A stretch of 64,000 nt of DNA from Candidatus Bathyarchaeota archaeon. Its GTDB lineage: Archaea; Thermoproteota; Bathyarchaeia; Bathyarchaeales; Bathycorpusculaceae. Below the pieces are notes generated by a model, which had not been told where the DNA came from, searched no databases, and saw only the letters and a program-made list of their open reading frames with translations. Of this stretch, positions 20,737 to 30,797 are shown piece by piece. Position 1 is the stretch's first letter. Every line of letters starts with the position of its first letter. A program made the position numbers and the translations under genes. The DNA lies in NCBI GenBank assembly GCA_963702095.1, contig OY969706.1, positions 1,344,001 through 1,408,000 of the forward strand, read 5' to 3'.

Positions 20737-21539
20737 ACCAGTACTAGAAAATCGAGAACCTAAACAAAACATACATGCTGGGCAAACGCCCCGTACAGGC
20801 ATTAACCAATCTGACCATTAAAGTTAACAAAGGCGAATTCATTGCAATCATGGGTCCCAGTGGATCAGGCAAGACCACACTGCTAAACATCATCGGCTGC
20901 ATCGATAAACCAACAAGCGGCAAAGTCCTCTTAGACGACATAGACGTAGCAGGCATGCCTGAGAACCAACTCTACAAGGTACGCCGTAACAAGATGGGCT
21001 TCATATTCCAATCCTTCAATCTGCTACCGTACTTAAGCGCCATAGAAAACGTTGAGTTACCCATGGAAGGCAAAATAGGCAACAAGGTGGAACGCAGGAA
21101 ACGTGCAAGCGAACTGATTAAGATAGTTGGCCTTGCAGGCAGAGAGAACCATCGTCCCCCGCGCCTTAGCCAAGGTGAACAACAGCGTGTTGCCATTGCA
21201 CGGGCATTAGCCAACGACCCCGCAATTATCCTTGCAGACGAACCCACAGGCAACTTGGATAGCAAAAACAAAACTGAAATCATCAAGCTGTTGGCAAACC
21301 TTAACTTGACTCAGGGTACAACAATAATCATGGTTACCCACGATAGCCAAGCTGCTAACCATACTGAACGTATGTTGCTGCTTAAAGATGGTAAAATATC
21401 GAAGGAAAAACAGGGATTGCATTTAGCCAAGAAACAAAATAAATGTCCTCACTGCGGAGCCGAAATAAAAGTCACCGACGACGTCTGTTCTCAATGCAAG
21501 AACCCGCTGTTTGAAACAGACGAGTTCTCGAGTTCTTAG
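20729..21539 (+). CDS. LolD/MacB-type ABC ATPase with C-terminal zinc ribbon (frameshift at ~20750)
   Basis: GPSGSGKT, LSQGEQQRV, ADEPTGNLD; CPHC...CSQC tail; N-terminus MSKPVLE-IENLNKTY split by one extra A. Confidence 0.92.
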
Positions 21540-21550
21540 AGGCAAATTCA

Positions 21551-22831
21551 ATGGAGCAACCGCAACAGGAAGCTGAATCCAAACAACCCATAATTATACA
21601 GCAAACTCAGCCACCCCAAGAACCTCAACCACACCCCCCAACATATTCCCCCATTCCGCCTCCTCCACCGAAAAAACACCGCCGATTTTCGACGTTGGCT
21701 ATCCTTGGGTTAGTGTTGATTGCTTTGCTCGCAGGAGGCTTCATTGGGTATGCAGTGACATACTCAGAGTTTAATTCTAAATTGCTGGATTTACAATCAC
21801 AAATAGGTCTCTCCAGCGGCGCACCCAGTGGCGTCCAAACTTATGTGCTTAACGATAACGTTTCGCTTGCAAGCCTCTACCAACACGTGAAGTCGTCGGT
21901 AGTTGTAGTTCAAGATTTGGTGCCCGTGACCAGCTTTTTTGGTGGACGAGGCTACAGTGGCCAACAGGGTTCTGGGTTCATAGCTGAAGTCAACAATCAA
22001 AAGGTTATAGTGACCAACAACCACGTCATCGAAGGTGCGATCAACATTACAGTGACCTTTGCAAACGGCGACAGTTACCCCGCAGAAGTTCTGGGACACG
22101 ATGCAAAAGCTGACCTTGCAGTACTGAGCACCCAAATGCCCAGCGATGCTCCAGCTCTAAGCCTGGTAAGTTCCGCAACACTTAGCGTCGGCGACCCCGT
22201 CGTAGCTGTAGGTTCCCCCTATGGACTCTCAGGAACATTAACGACCGGCGTCGTCAGTGCATTGGGCAGAACCATCGTTGAAGACTCCAGTACCAACCAA
22301 AACGGGCAAAGCATTCCAGATATGATTCAAACAAGCACCGCCATAAACCCCGGCAACTCAGGTGGACCCCTACTTAACTATGCGGGCGAAGCGGTCGGCA
22401 TAACAACTGCCGGCATCAGCGACTCTGAAAGCTTAGGCTTCGCCATACCTTCCTCAACCATAATCCGCGAGTTGCCCACGCTTGTTTCCTCTGGCTCCTA
22501 TGACCAGCACCCATCTATAAATGCAGCCGGCACTGACATGACCTACTCCATTGCACAAGCCATGGGCGCAAGCGTCACTTACGGCTTCCTAGTGGAGAGC
22601 GTTTCAGTGCAGAACGGTTTGCATGGCGGCAACGTCCAGAAAGTCGTTGGGAGTTCAACAGTCATTCTAGGCGGCGACATCATTGTTGCGGTGAACAATC
22701 AACGTGTAACCAACACTGACAGCTTGTTATCTTACCTTGAGCAGCATGCGCTTCCGGGACAAACAGTGTCGTTTACGGTGGTGCGTGATGGACAGCAGCA
22801 GGATGTTTCGGTGACGATAGGTAAAGCCTAA
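21551..22831 (+). CDS. HtrA/DegP-family membrane-anchored serine protease with PDZ domain
   Basis: GSGF, VTNNHV, DLAV, INPGNSGGPL, GGDIIVAVN. Confidence 0.95.
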   Translation: MEQPQQEAESKQPIIIQQTQPPQEPQPHPPTYSPIPPPPPKKHRRFSTLAILGLVLIALLAGGFIGYAVTYSEFNSKLLDLQSQIGLSSGAPSGVQTYVLNDNVSLASLYQHVKSSVVVVQDLVPVTSFFGGRGYSGQQGSGFIAEVNNQKVIVTNNHVIEGAINITVTFANGDSYPAEVLGHDAKADLAVLSTQMPSDAPALSLVSSATLSVGDPVVAVGSPYGLSGTLTTGVVSALGRTIVEDSSTNQNGQSIPDMIQTSTAINPGNSGGPLLNYAGEAVGITTAGISDSESLGFAIPSSTIIRELPTLVSSGSYDQHPSINAAGTDMTYSIAQAMGASVTYGFLVESVSVQNGLHGGNVQKVVGSSTVILGGDIIVAVNNQRVTNTDSLLSYLEQHALPGQTVSFTVVRDGQQQDVSVTIGKA

Positions 22832-22864
22832 GCTCCACCCTTTTATCCATTTATTTACTCCTTT

Positions 22865-23128
22865 TTATGGGGTGGCTGTGACTTCTTGTACTTCAGTGAT
22901 GGACGCAATCGGTATATCAAGTTGCTCCTGTAACACTTCGAGCACTGCATCCTCATTGGGGCCCTCGATGACGAAGGCAACGCGTCCTTCTCCTCCACAG
23001 CAGTAGCATGATTTGGCTTCGATGTCTTTGAATTTGCCTCTGGCAAGCATTTTTGCTGCTCCTTCGGCGCATGTTTTGGGGTCTTTCCCTGAGCGAAGGA
23101 TGGCTGAATCAACTAAATATCTTGGCAT
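22865..23128 (-). CDS. Small ferredoxin-like-fold protein (DUF4242/SCO4226-like)
   Basis: MPRYLV N-terminus, FVIEGPNEDAV, IPIASITEV; CYCC motif. Confidence 0.55.
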   Translation of the reverse strand: MPRYLVDSAILRSGKDPKTCAEGAAKMLARGKFKDIEAKSCYCCGGEGRVAFVIEGPNEDAVLEVLQEQLDIPIASITEVQEVTATP

Positions 23129-23241
23129 AAAATTCCCTTACATATTTAGGGTGTTCTTGCTTAATGCTTCTTGTTGTAGGATTTGTGCAGTCACATATTA
23201 TTATATCCAGTGTTTGGTGGAGGTATGGTAAGGTGGTAGAT

Positions 23242-23403
23242 TTGGCACAGGCATTGTTTAAATGTCCCTTCTGTGATGCTCCAGCTTGGCGTACCCGTTT
23301 GATGTTTTGGAAACATATGCATGAATGCATCCGCAAAAACAGTGGGTATAATCCAACTGTCGGTGTTGATTCAGAGAAAATGGCTGTTGTAGCCAGCCCA
23401 TAG
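23242..23403 (+). CDS. Small zinc-finger protein
   Basis: FKCPFC-x12-HMHEC; AGGTG SD-like site before TTG 23242. Confidence 0.6.
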   Translation: MAQALFKCPFCDAPAWRTRLMFWKHMHECIRKNSGYNPTVGVDSEKMAVVASP

Positions 23404-23510
23404 CTAATTTTTTTAGGTTATTCCCTTTACCGCATATTTCCTTTTTGACAAATTTTAAACAGAGTTAACTGTATTTAAGATCTGATAATAAAAAATAAAA
23501 GATTTAGTGC

Positions 23511-23819
23511 TTAAACAACGGTTAGAGTCAAAGTTGATTTGATGCTGTTGATGTTTCTTATCCGTTTAAGCACATCTTCACGTATGTGATCAAATGAGTT
23601 GCCGCTGACTTTAGCCACAATATCATATGCGCCCCTTGCAAGGTACACTTCGTCGACTTCATCGATTTTACGCAGGTCTTCTATGGCAGCAAGACTTGAC
23701 TCCGACTCAGCCGTTATAAAAACAAAAGCGCTACGCCTAATCCGTTGAGCAGCCGGCTCATCCACTGAAGCGGTTACTTCTGCTCCAATCTGTTCAAAAA
23801 CATTCTCCAAAAAATTCAA
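23511..23819 (-). CDS. Stand-alone Lrp/AsnC ligand-binding (RAM) domain
   Basis: AFVFI, VDEVYLARGAYDIVAKV, IKSTLTLTV; no HTH. Confidence 0.88.
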   Translation of the reverse strand: MNFLENVFEQIGAEVTASVDEPAAQRIRRSAFVFITAESESSLAAIEDLRKIDEVDEVYLARGAYDIVAKVSGNSFDHIREDVLKRIRNINSIKSTLTLTVV

Positions 23820-23943
23820 CTTCCTTTTAATAGATTATTCTCTTGGAATATCTATTAAAGCTGCGTTGCTGTCTTGCGGCAACAACAAAACGTTATAAGC
23901 AGAGAAACGGGTGCTGCAAGAAACCAGAGAAAGAAGGGGATGG

Positions 23944-24486
23944 TTACCCATTGGTTGTTTTCATATCAATTAGCGAAAACACTTCGTATTTGTCGCCTAA
24001 GAGTTTGCGTCCGCCCAAATAGTTCAGCTCGATTAGGAATCCTAATCCTGCGACTTTACCGCCTAGTTTTTCGACTAATTCTATGTTGGCTTTTACTGTT
24101 CCGCCTGTTGCCAATAAGTCATCTATGATTAACACGTTTTGGCCTTTTGAAATGGCGTCTTCATGGATTTGGATGGTGTCTTTGCTGTATTCGGTTTGGT
24201 AGGTGTAGTCGAGGCATTTGTAGGGTAATTTACCTTTTTTGCGGATTGGGACAAAACCAACGCCTAACTCGTAAGCCAACGGTGCGCCGACGATGAATCC
24301 GCGGGCTTCGTTGGAGACGATAACGTCGATTTTTTTGCCTCTATAGTGGTCTGCGAGTTGCTTTATGGTTTCTTTGTAGCATACGGGGTCTTTTAGGAGG
24401 GTTGTTATGTCCCAGAATACTACGCCTTTGAATTCGGGGATTCTACGGACTTTGCTTTTCAAATCGATTTTGTCGGTTTTATTCAT
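23944..24486 (-). CDS. apt: Adenine phosphoribosyltransferase
   Basis: GVVFWDITTLL, EARGF, IRKKGKLP, VLIIDDLLATGGT. Confidence 0.95.
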   Translation of the reverse strand: MNKTDKIDLKSKVRRIPEFKGVVFWDITTLLKDPVCYKETIKQLADHYRGKKIDVIVSNEARGFIVGAPLAYELGVGFVPIRKKGKLPYKCLDYTYQTEYSKDTIQIHEDAISKGQNVLIIDDLLATGGTVKANIELVEKLGGKVAGLGFLIELNYLGGRKLLGDKYEVFSLIDMKTTNG

Positions 24487-24500
24487 GTCAATTTCTCCTG

Positions 24501-25292
24501 TTAAGCAAATGCGCCGGTTAAGGCGTGGCTGCATTGGCAACTGCATTCGCTGGGGGTTTTGGCGATGGTTTCAGCGATTATGCGTTTAACGTTGTCGATG
24601 CCTGTTTTCATGGTGTTAACGATGTCGTCAACGCATACTGCGTGGTCTTTCCAGCAGTCATAGTCGGTGACCGTGGATATGTTTGAATAACAGATTTCCG
24701 CTTCCCGTGCCAAAACAACTTCGGGAACCATCGTCATGCCGATGATGTCTGCACCCCATTTCTGGTACATGCGGGATTCAGCTTTTGTTGAGAACCGTGG
24801 TCCCTCGATGCAGACGTATGTGCCTGTTGGGTGGTTTTTGATTTTTAGGCTGTTGGCTACGTCGATTATGGTTTGGTGGAGTTGTGGGCACATGGGTTCA
24901 GCGACGGATATGTGGCATACTTTGCCTTCTGAGAGGGTGTAGAATGATTGTTCTCTTTTGGTTGTGCGGTCGATGAATTGGTCGGCGAAGACTATGTCGC
25001 CTGGCTGGTAATCCTCGCGCAGTGACCCAACGGTTGAAGCTGCCAGAATGCGTTTTACGCCCAAGCGTTTGAGCGCCCAGATGTTGGCTCTTACGTTGAT
25101 GTCTGTGGGGCGTATGGTGTGCAGTTTTCCATGTCGTGGCAGAAACGCCACGGTTTTGCCGCCTAGTTCGCCGACTGTGATGGCGTCGGAGGGTTTCCCG
25201 TAGGGTGACTCTAAAGTGATTTCCTGTATGTTTTTGAGAAGTTTGGGGTCGTAGAGACCTGTTCCGCCGATTACTCCAAATTCAACTTGCAT
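24501..25292 (-). CDS. mtnP: 5'-methylthioadenosine phosphorylase
   Basis: GVIGGTG, LPRHG, RANIWALK, IEGPRFSTKAE, GMT, VTDYDCW. Confidence 0.95.
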   Translation of the reverse strand: MQVEFGVIGGTGLYDPKLLKNIQEITLESPYGKPSDAITVGELGGKTVAFLPRHGKLHTIRPTDINVRANIWALKRLGVKRILAASTVGSLREDYQPGDIVFADQFIDRTTKREQSFYTLSEGKVCHISVAEPMCPQLHQTIIDVANSLKIKNHPTGTYVCIEGPRFSTKAESRMYQKWGADIIGMTMVPEVVLAREAEICYSNISTVTDYDCWKDHAVCVDDIVNTMKTGIDNVKRIIAETIAKTPSECSCQCSHALTGAFA

Positions 25293-25339
25293 AGCTTTAA
25301 CTGCAAGCGCTGGGTTTATAAAAATAGCGACTCTGAGCC

Positions 25340-25366
25340 GACGTTTGCTGCTCTGCCGCTACCTCC
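25340..25366 (+). repeat. Dispersed repeat TGCTCTGCCGCTACCTCC, copy 1
   Basis: 24/27 identical (18-nt exact core) to reverse complement of 58503-58529. Confidence 0.8.
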
Positions 25367-25404
25367 CCTCCCATATTTACCGATGGATCAAATTTTTCTA
25401 TAGT

Positions 25405-25439
25405 TGTTGTTGCAGAAGACCCCCTATACACAACAACAA
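25405..25439 (-). repeat. Dispersed intergenic repeat (GTTGTTG-TATAGGGGG-CAACAAC), copy 2
   Basis: Reverse complement matches 14152-14186 at 32/35. Confidence 0.85.
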
Positions 25440-25556
25440 CCCGCCGAATGTAGGGTGCAATGCTTTTTGGGGTAGGCGTCGGATTTGAAATGCTGGTTGG
25501 TTGTAGAGCAAACTACAAGCAGAACAGTATGGTTTGTCTTTCGGCAGCTATGAGCA

Positions 25557-26522
25557 CTACGAGAAAGGGGGTACTGTTTGTCGAAGGGTTAGCTGGCTTG
25601 ATGAATTACTCTGCTTTGATTTGCCTAAGGGCATACGGCTCCTTTCGTAAGTAGCTATTGCTAATGCTGCAATTACCGCTGCCAAAACTGTGATAACAAC
25701 AACAAAAATCAAAGATGAAAAAGGCTCTGACGGCGCTTCAATAATGAAATTGACTGTTTGAGATACACCCATAACACCCGCTGTATCGTTAGCGTAAACT
25801 GCTAAAGTGTGATTTCCAAACGTTAACCCCGTCAACGATGAATTTCCCGTAAAGGTAACGTTGTCCTGGTTGTCTAAACTGTAACCTACCCAAGAAACAG
25901 GCACATCAGTTGTAAAGTTAAGTGACAAGTCCTTTGAAGAATAGCTTATGTTTTCAGGAGAAAAAACCTTAATCACAGGCGCCCGCACCGTAAAATTGAG
26001 GGTAGCTTGCGCAACCTCAACCTCATCACGTGGTGGATTGTTTATCATCCTTGCGATCCATTTTCCATAAACAGTTATACTGTGATCTCCAACTGGTAAC
26101 AGAGGCAAAACAACTGACCCGTTCATGTTTACCTGCCAATAGTGAGGATCAATTTCCGCCAGCTCTATATGCATAGTGTAGTTTACTGATCCATCAATGC
26201 TGTATGTTATAAGTATCTCGATGTTACCCACCTTAAACACACGGCCATTGATGCTGAGCATTCTTGAGGGAAGGGTGTAACTAACTTCAAAACTGCCGCC
26301 GCCAAAACCACCTCGAAATATGCCTTTTGCCGTAATTGACGTGGAACCAGTCGGTGATAAAGCTGACTGCATCGGTCCTGATGAATTTGTAAGCTCCGGA
26401 TATAGGGAAGAGGATTTTTGTGGGATAGGCGGCTGTTCAGGAAAAAAAGATCCAGCATCAGTCGAGGATACTGAGGATATAACGAGAATCATCAAAAGTG
26501 CTAATGTTATCTTTCCTCTCAA
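25557..26522 (-). CDS. Secreted membrane-anchored protein with two Ig-like domains
   Basis: Signal peptide, repeated YSIDG/YSLDN...GDHSITVYG/GNHTLAVYAND units, C-terminal TM. Confidence 0.8.
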   Translation of the reverse strand: MRGKITLALLMILVISSVSSTDAGSFFPEQPPIPQKSSSLYPELTNSSGPMQSALSPTGSTSITAKGIFRGGFGGGSFEVSYTLPSRMLSINGRVFKVGNIEILITYSIDGSVNYTMHIELAEIDPHYWQVNMNGSVVLPLLPVGDHSITVYGKWIARMINNPPRDEVEVAQATLNFTVRAPVIKVFSPENISYSSKDLSLNFTTDVPVSWVGYSLDNQDNVTFTGNSSLTGLTFGNHTLAVYANDTAGVMGVSQTVNFIIEAPSEPFSSLIFVVVITVLAAVIAALAIATYERSRMPLGKSKQSNSSSQLTLRQTVPPFS

Positions 26523-26597
26523 TTCTTATCCTCTCATGTTGTGACTTTCATTGATTCTTAGGAATAGTTTCTTTTAGTTCTATTCAGAGAACGAAAC

Positions 26598-26613
26598 GTT
26601 CCAAAGCTGGAAC
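26598..26613. promoter_or_regulatory. Palindrome GTTCCA-aagc-TGGAAC, candidate operator
   Basis: Perfect 6-bp arms ~76 bp upstream of the Ig-domain gene start. Confidence 0.4.
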
Positions 26614-26860
26614 ACCGCATGATGAAGAACGCTGTTTAAGGTAAGTCAAGGTTTGAGAAAGTGTAAAAATCGCCCTTTTCCTACGCTTTTAATCGGTGAT
26701 TTGAGCGATTTTTATTCAATTCTGCCTCGGTGTGAATATGAAAGAATAGAGTCTTTCTTTGGGATCAACAAATGGCAATGAACCAGCAAACCAGCCCACA
26801 ACCCCAGAGACAGGTTACTTATAAAAGCAAAACCTTAGCTAAGATACTTACCGATATAGA

Positions 26861-27247
26861 ATGCGCATAAAGGTTTCAAAAAACAAGATAGCTTCACTGA
26901 TTTATGCTACCGCTTTATTGGTTACATTAATTGCCGGTTTCGTTCTATACTTTTCGAACAACCTCCACTATATTTTCTGGGTATCCTCTGCCTTTGTCGC
27001 CGTTTATCTACTGTTTGTGGCGTTTTTTTCAGAGCAATATTCGCCTTACTTTAGGAAGCATGCTTCAACCTACCGGGTAATTTTAGTTGTTGCTTTTGCA
27101 TTCTTAGTAATAGCCTTGCTCATTAGACCTACTTTCTATCTTGCGATTACTCTTATTGGACTGCTCGTATTTGACGTAACTCTTGGCATGATTCTAATTG
27201 TCGTATGGGACCAAAACAATTTAAAGAAAAAACAGACAGGACTCTAA
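26861..27247 (+). CDS. Hypothetical 4-TM membrane protein
   Basis: 128 aa, four hydrophobic segments, TTATAAAA box upstream. Confidence 0.7.
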   Translation: MRIKVSKNKIASLIYATALLVTLIAGFVLYFSNNLHYIFWVSSAFVAVYLLFVAFFSEQYSPYFRKHASTYRVILVVAFAFLVIALLIRPTFYLAITLIGLLVFDVTLGMILIVVWDQNNLKKKQTGL

Positions 27248-27792
27248 AGCTGTGCTTTTGCCGCGTCAGTATAGATGTTTAAGTCACGCTCTGAGAAGAG
27301 CACAAACGTGACCAACTCAAGCTTATCCTCTTTTTCCAAGAAGTCCTTCACTGCCCCAAGTGCCACCACCGCAGCCTCATCCGTCGGGTACCCATAAGCG
27401 CCCGTGCTGATCGATGGAAACGCAACAGACTTCAAACCGTTTGCAACCGCCAGTTTTAGGCTGTTCCAATATGCCCTCCGCAGCAGCTTCGATTCGTCGT
27501 AGAGTCCTCCCCGCCAAATCGGCCCAACCGTGTGGATTACATGTTTGGCTTTGAGGTTGCCTCCGGTTGTGATGACGGCGTTTCCCGTTGGCAATCCGTC
27601 GGGCCATTCTTTGGCACGTATGCGTTTGCATTCTTCGAGGATTTTTGGGCCGCCTCTGCTGTGGATAGCTCCGTCAACGCCTCCACCCCCAAGCAGTGTC
27701 GAGTTTGCCGCGTTTATGATGGCGTCGGCTTCTTGATCGGTTATGTCGCCTTTGACTAGTTGCAGGGTTGCGTTTCCAATTTTATATTCCAT
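27244..27792 (-). CDS. Macro domain protein (O-acetyl-ADP-ribose deacetylase, YmdB-like)
   Basis: GDIT, DAIINAAN, GGGGVDGAIH, HTVGP, AFPSISTGAYGYP. Confidence 0.95.
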   Translation of the reverse strand: MEYKIGNATLQLVKGDITDQEADAIINAANSTLLGGGGVDGAIHSRGGPKILEECKRIRAKEWPDGLPTGNAVITTGGNLKAKHVIHTVGPIWRGGLYDESKLLRRAYWNSLKLAVANGLKSVAFPSISTGAYGYPTDEAAVVALGAVKDFLEKEDKLELVTFVLFSERDLNIYTDAAKAQL

Positions 27793-27822
27793 AAAACAGA
27801 CTACGGCGTTCCCGCTATTATA

Positions 27823-28455
27823 CTATGTCAACAGCGACCAGAGGGCTGAACCCATAAAGAACAAGCCAAAACCGATGAAAACTGCCGCACAGAAAAGCGT
27901 GATACTCATTCGGATTTGGTCGTTCCAGAACCGCTGGGACTTAAAAATCAAGAACGCTGCAGCAGTGTACACCGCAAGATCGACTGACCAATGGACCCCC
28001 GCGAAGATGGAGAAGCCCAATAGCCCAAACAGCTTTGCGTTCAATATTAGCGTGGTGCCGATGGTTAACCACCAGAGGATGAACCCTGCGTTGGCTGCTG
28101 TTGTGTACGCCCCTGCTACAACCGATTCGCGTTTGGCGCTGGATGAGACATTTTCTGGTTTGTGGCGGCTGCGGAAGGTCTGTACGCCCATAAACACCAT
28201 CAGGGCACCGCCGACTAACCCCACGGCAACCTGCACAACTGGGGGTATCTCGAATTCGCTTAGTACAAAGAAAATCAGAAACATCAACGGAAACTCAACA
28301 ATCCCGTGCCCGACGGCGATGAGCGCCCCTGAAACCTTGCTTGTAGCCGCTTTTTTAATTGTCACAGCGAACAGCGGCCCGGGCATAAGAACGCCTGAGA
28401 GTGAAATCAGCAGAACCGAAGCCAAGAACACATAGAAGTCAGTGATGTACGCCAA
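27823..28455 (-). CDS. LysE family translocator
   Basis: SGVLMPGPL, GHGIVE, ANAGFILWW; ~6 TM. Confidence 0.9.
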   Translation of the reverse strand: MAYITDFYVFLASVLLISLSGVLMPGPLFAVTIKKAATSKVSGALIAVGHGIVEFPLMFLIFFVLSEFEIPPVVQVAVGLVGGALMVFMGVQTFRSRHKPENVSSSAKRESVVAGAYTTAANAGFILWWLTIGTTLILNAKLFGLLGFSIFAGVHWSVDLAVYTAAAFLIFKSQRFWNDQIRMSITLFCAAVFIGFGLFFMGSALWSLLT

Positions 28456-28528
28456 ACGTCAATCTCCGCCATCGTTTAACCATTTTCTGCAGGCACGGCT
28501 ATAAGGGTTTCACGTCTCGGCAGGCGCA

Positions 28529-29107
28529 TTATTCAAATACGTTCTTGGCTGGTTCGCGTTTCTGTTTTGTGAGCAGCCTCTTTTGCATCTCCACGATATC
28601 CGCGCTGTCCTTCGCGGTCACGTAATTGTCCAGCAACATTTGGTTTAACTCAAAAAACGTGTGCCCCCACGGAAAAATCTCCAAAACCTTCTCGGCTTCT
28701 TCTTTGAAGCCTGCAATGTAGAGGGCTGCAGCGATGGCTTCAGCCGTTGTCAACTTTGTAAGCTTGCCAAAATTAACGGGGTTACCCGCAATGAGGATCG
28801 GTAAGCATCGGCTAGTTCCCCGTACATGTTCACCCATCACCTTCTGAGCATGTTCCCAACTGCAATCCAGCGCAGCCAACCCAAACTGTTCAAGCCGCTC
28901 GTGGTCAGCGGGGGAAAAAGCGATTTCGCCAAAGGGATTGAGCACTATGGCTCGATTTGGCAAAAATTTTACTTTCGTAACGATTCTTGCAAGTCCCCGT
29001 CGCTTCAACCTTAAAGCAGTGTTCTTTTTTGGGTCATCTTGGGCTGCATGGTAAATGGTGATTCGGACAGGCAGGTTCTGCTCGGGCCTTTCTGGTTCAG
29101 TGTCCAT
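28529..29107 (-). CDS. tsr3: 16S rRNA aminocarboxypropyltransferase (DUF367)
   Basis: QDDPKKNT, LDCSW, RCLPILIAGNPVNFG, TAEAIAAALYI, FPWGHTFFELN. Confidence 0.93.
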   Translation of the reverse strand: MDTEPERPEQNLPVRITIYHAAQDDPKKNTALRLKRRGLARIVTKVKFLPNRAIVLNPFGEIAFSPADHERLEQFGLAALDCSWEHAQKVMGEHVRGTSRCLPILIAGNPVNFGKLTKLTTAEAIAAALYIAGFKEEAEKVLEIFPWGHTFFELNQMLLDNYVTAKDSADIVEMQKRLLTKQKREPAKNVFE

Positions 29108-30635
29108 GTTTCTGCACCTTCAAATGGCTCATCGGATCCTCCAGCAACCTTGGAATCCAATCGATGATGTCGGTGGCAACCACGTGGTAGCCGATTTCAC
29201 CCGCTACAAAGTCGCCTGCCGCACCGTTAACGAAGGCGCCCGCTACCGCCGCTTCGAAGGGGTCAACATGCTGAGCCATCAAACCGCCCACGATGCCGCT
29301 TAAGACGTCGCCTGTGCCCCCGACGGTCATGCCCGGGTTGCCGGTGAAATTCAACTTCGAGTGCGTTGGGCTGCAGATGATGTCGACTTTGCCCTTTACC
29401 AGTATGGTTGCGTTGAGTTTTTTGGCGGTTTTCTGTATCATCGCCACTCTCTCCGGCTGGTTTTCTGGGAGGGTTTCTCCTGTGAGTATGGCGTATTCGC
29501 CTGCATGAGGCGTCAAAACCAACGGCGTCTTTAGGGGACGCTTGAACTTCGCAAACGCCTTGAGTCCATCCGCATCAAGCAGCAGTGGTTTCCCTGCCTT
29601 CTCAACTTCTTCAACGCAGAGTTTGACGAACTCTTGGGTTTCAGATGCTAAACCCATGCCGGGTCCCATCGCAACCGCGTCCACCATATCCAAAAACGGT
29701 TTCAGCGCCGCCATGTCTGCTGGGTTGAGGTTCTTGCCCTCCAGCTTCACAGTGATCAAGTCAGGTGACATTGATGAAATCTCATAAGCGTTCTTCTCAG
29801 GGGCAGCCAAATAAACGAGGTCAACGCCTGTGCGCATAGCCGCCAACGACACCAGCGTGGGCGCTCCAGAGTAGACTTCGCTGCCGCCTATAACCAGTAG
29901 GCGCCCGAAATCGCCTTTGTGCCCCGTGGGACTGCGCGGTTTAGCCGCAAGCAACACGTCGCCGGGACCAGCGTACTGCTCCATCACTTGGGGCAAACCG
30001 ATGTCGCCAACTACTAATTCACCGACGTACTTCTTGGCATTCTCCAAACCGCTCTTAGCCTTATGGAACGTTACTGTCAAATCGGCTTTAACTGCGGTGC
30101 CCAACACATCGCCCGTGTCCGAATCGATGCCTGTGGGCACATCGACGGCAAGCTTGAATCCGTCCATGCCGTTTATGGCGTCGACTACTTGGGCAATGGG
30201 TGCTTTGAGTTGGCCCTTAGTGCCCGTTCCCAACAATGCGTCAATGGCTATGTCAGCTTCGACTATGGGAATGATTGAGCTGTCAGTAACTTCAACGATG
30301 GGAACTTTACCCTGAAGTGATTGGAGTATCTGGTAGTTTTTGAGGGCAGCTTCGTGGCTAATGTCGCGTCCTCTGCCCACCAACACAACTGAGACTTCAA
30401 ACCCCGCCGACAACAGGTGCCTTGCCGCAACAAAGCCGTCTCCGCCGTTGCCGCCTACCCCGCAAAAGATCGCAGCCTTCTTGGTTTTGGGGTAGCGTGT
30501 GATTACTTCTTGGGCGACGTTTCTGCCTGCTAACTCCATGAGCTGCAGCAGGTTGACTCCGAAGTATTCTGCGTTGACTTCTAGGGCGCGCATTTCGCGG
30601 CTGGATATGGTTTGGGCTTGGTTTTTGGGCTGCAT
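29097..30635 (-). CDS. nnr: Bifunctional NAD(P)H-hydrate epimerase/dehydratase
   Basis: LMELAG, GNGGDG, DALLGTG, VDVPTG, HKGDFG, LTPHAGE, GGTGDVLSG. Confidence 0.95.
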   Translation of the reverse strand: MQPKNQAQTISSREMRALEVNAEYFGVNLLQLMELAGRNVAQEVITRYPKTKKAAIFCGVGGNGGDGFVAARHLLSAGFEVSVVLVGRGRDISHEAALKNYQILQSLQGKVPIVEVTDSSIIPIVEADIAIDALLGTGTKGQLKAPIAQVVDAINGMDGFKLAVDVPTGIDSDTGDVLGTAVKADLTVTFHKAKSGLENAKKYVGELVVGDIGLPQVMEQYAGPGDVLLAAKPRSPTGHKGDFGRLLVIGGSEVYSGAPTLVSLAAMRTGVDLVYLAAPEKNAYEISSMSPDLITVKLEGKNLNPADMAALKPFLDMVDAVAMGPGMGLASETQEFVKLCVEEVEKAGKPLLLDADGLKAFAKFKRPLKTPLVLTPHAGEYAILTGETLPENQPERVAMIQKTAKKLNATILVKGKVDIICSPTHSKLNFTGNPGMTVGGTGDVLSGIVGGLMAQHVDPFEAAVAGAFVNGAAGDFVAGEIGYHVVATDIIDWIPRLLEDPMSHLKVQKHGH

Positions 30636-30685
30636 AGCTAACGCCTCTTAACTATTGTTTTCTTTGGGAGATAAGCCTATCCTTG

Positions 30686-30720
30686 AGCTGTATACAAAAG
30701 CATCTCCCAACACAGTTTTT
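30686..30720 (+). repeat. GTATAC box, copy a
   Basis: AGCTGTATACAAAAGCATCTCCCAACACAGTTTTT; inverted relative to copy b. Confidence 0.88.
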
Positions 30721-30783
30721 TAGCCCCAAACTTTTTCCAAACCACTGCAAGTGCCTGAAATCGCTAATTTTTTCGAAAACAGG

Positions 30784-30797
30784 CGAAGCTTATATAA
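30784..30797 (+). promoter_or_regulatory. BRE/TATA-like promoter inside non-coding element A
   Basis: CGAAGCTTATATAA; homologous to CGAAGGTTAAATAT on the minus strand at 39453-39466. Confidence 0.55.

Noticed and set aside
27743-28435. Long antisense ORFs (also 2618-3205, 33525-34040, 57171-57734)
   Set aside because: They overlap well-supported genes on the opposite strand and have no motifs
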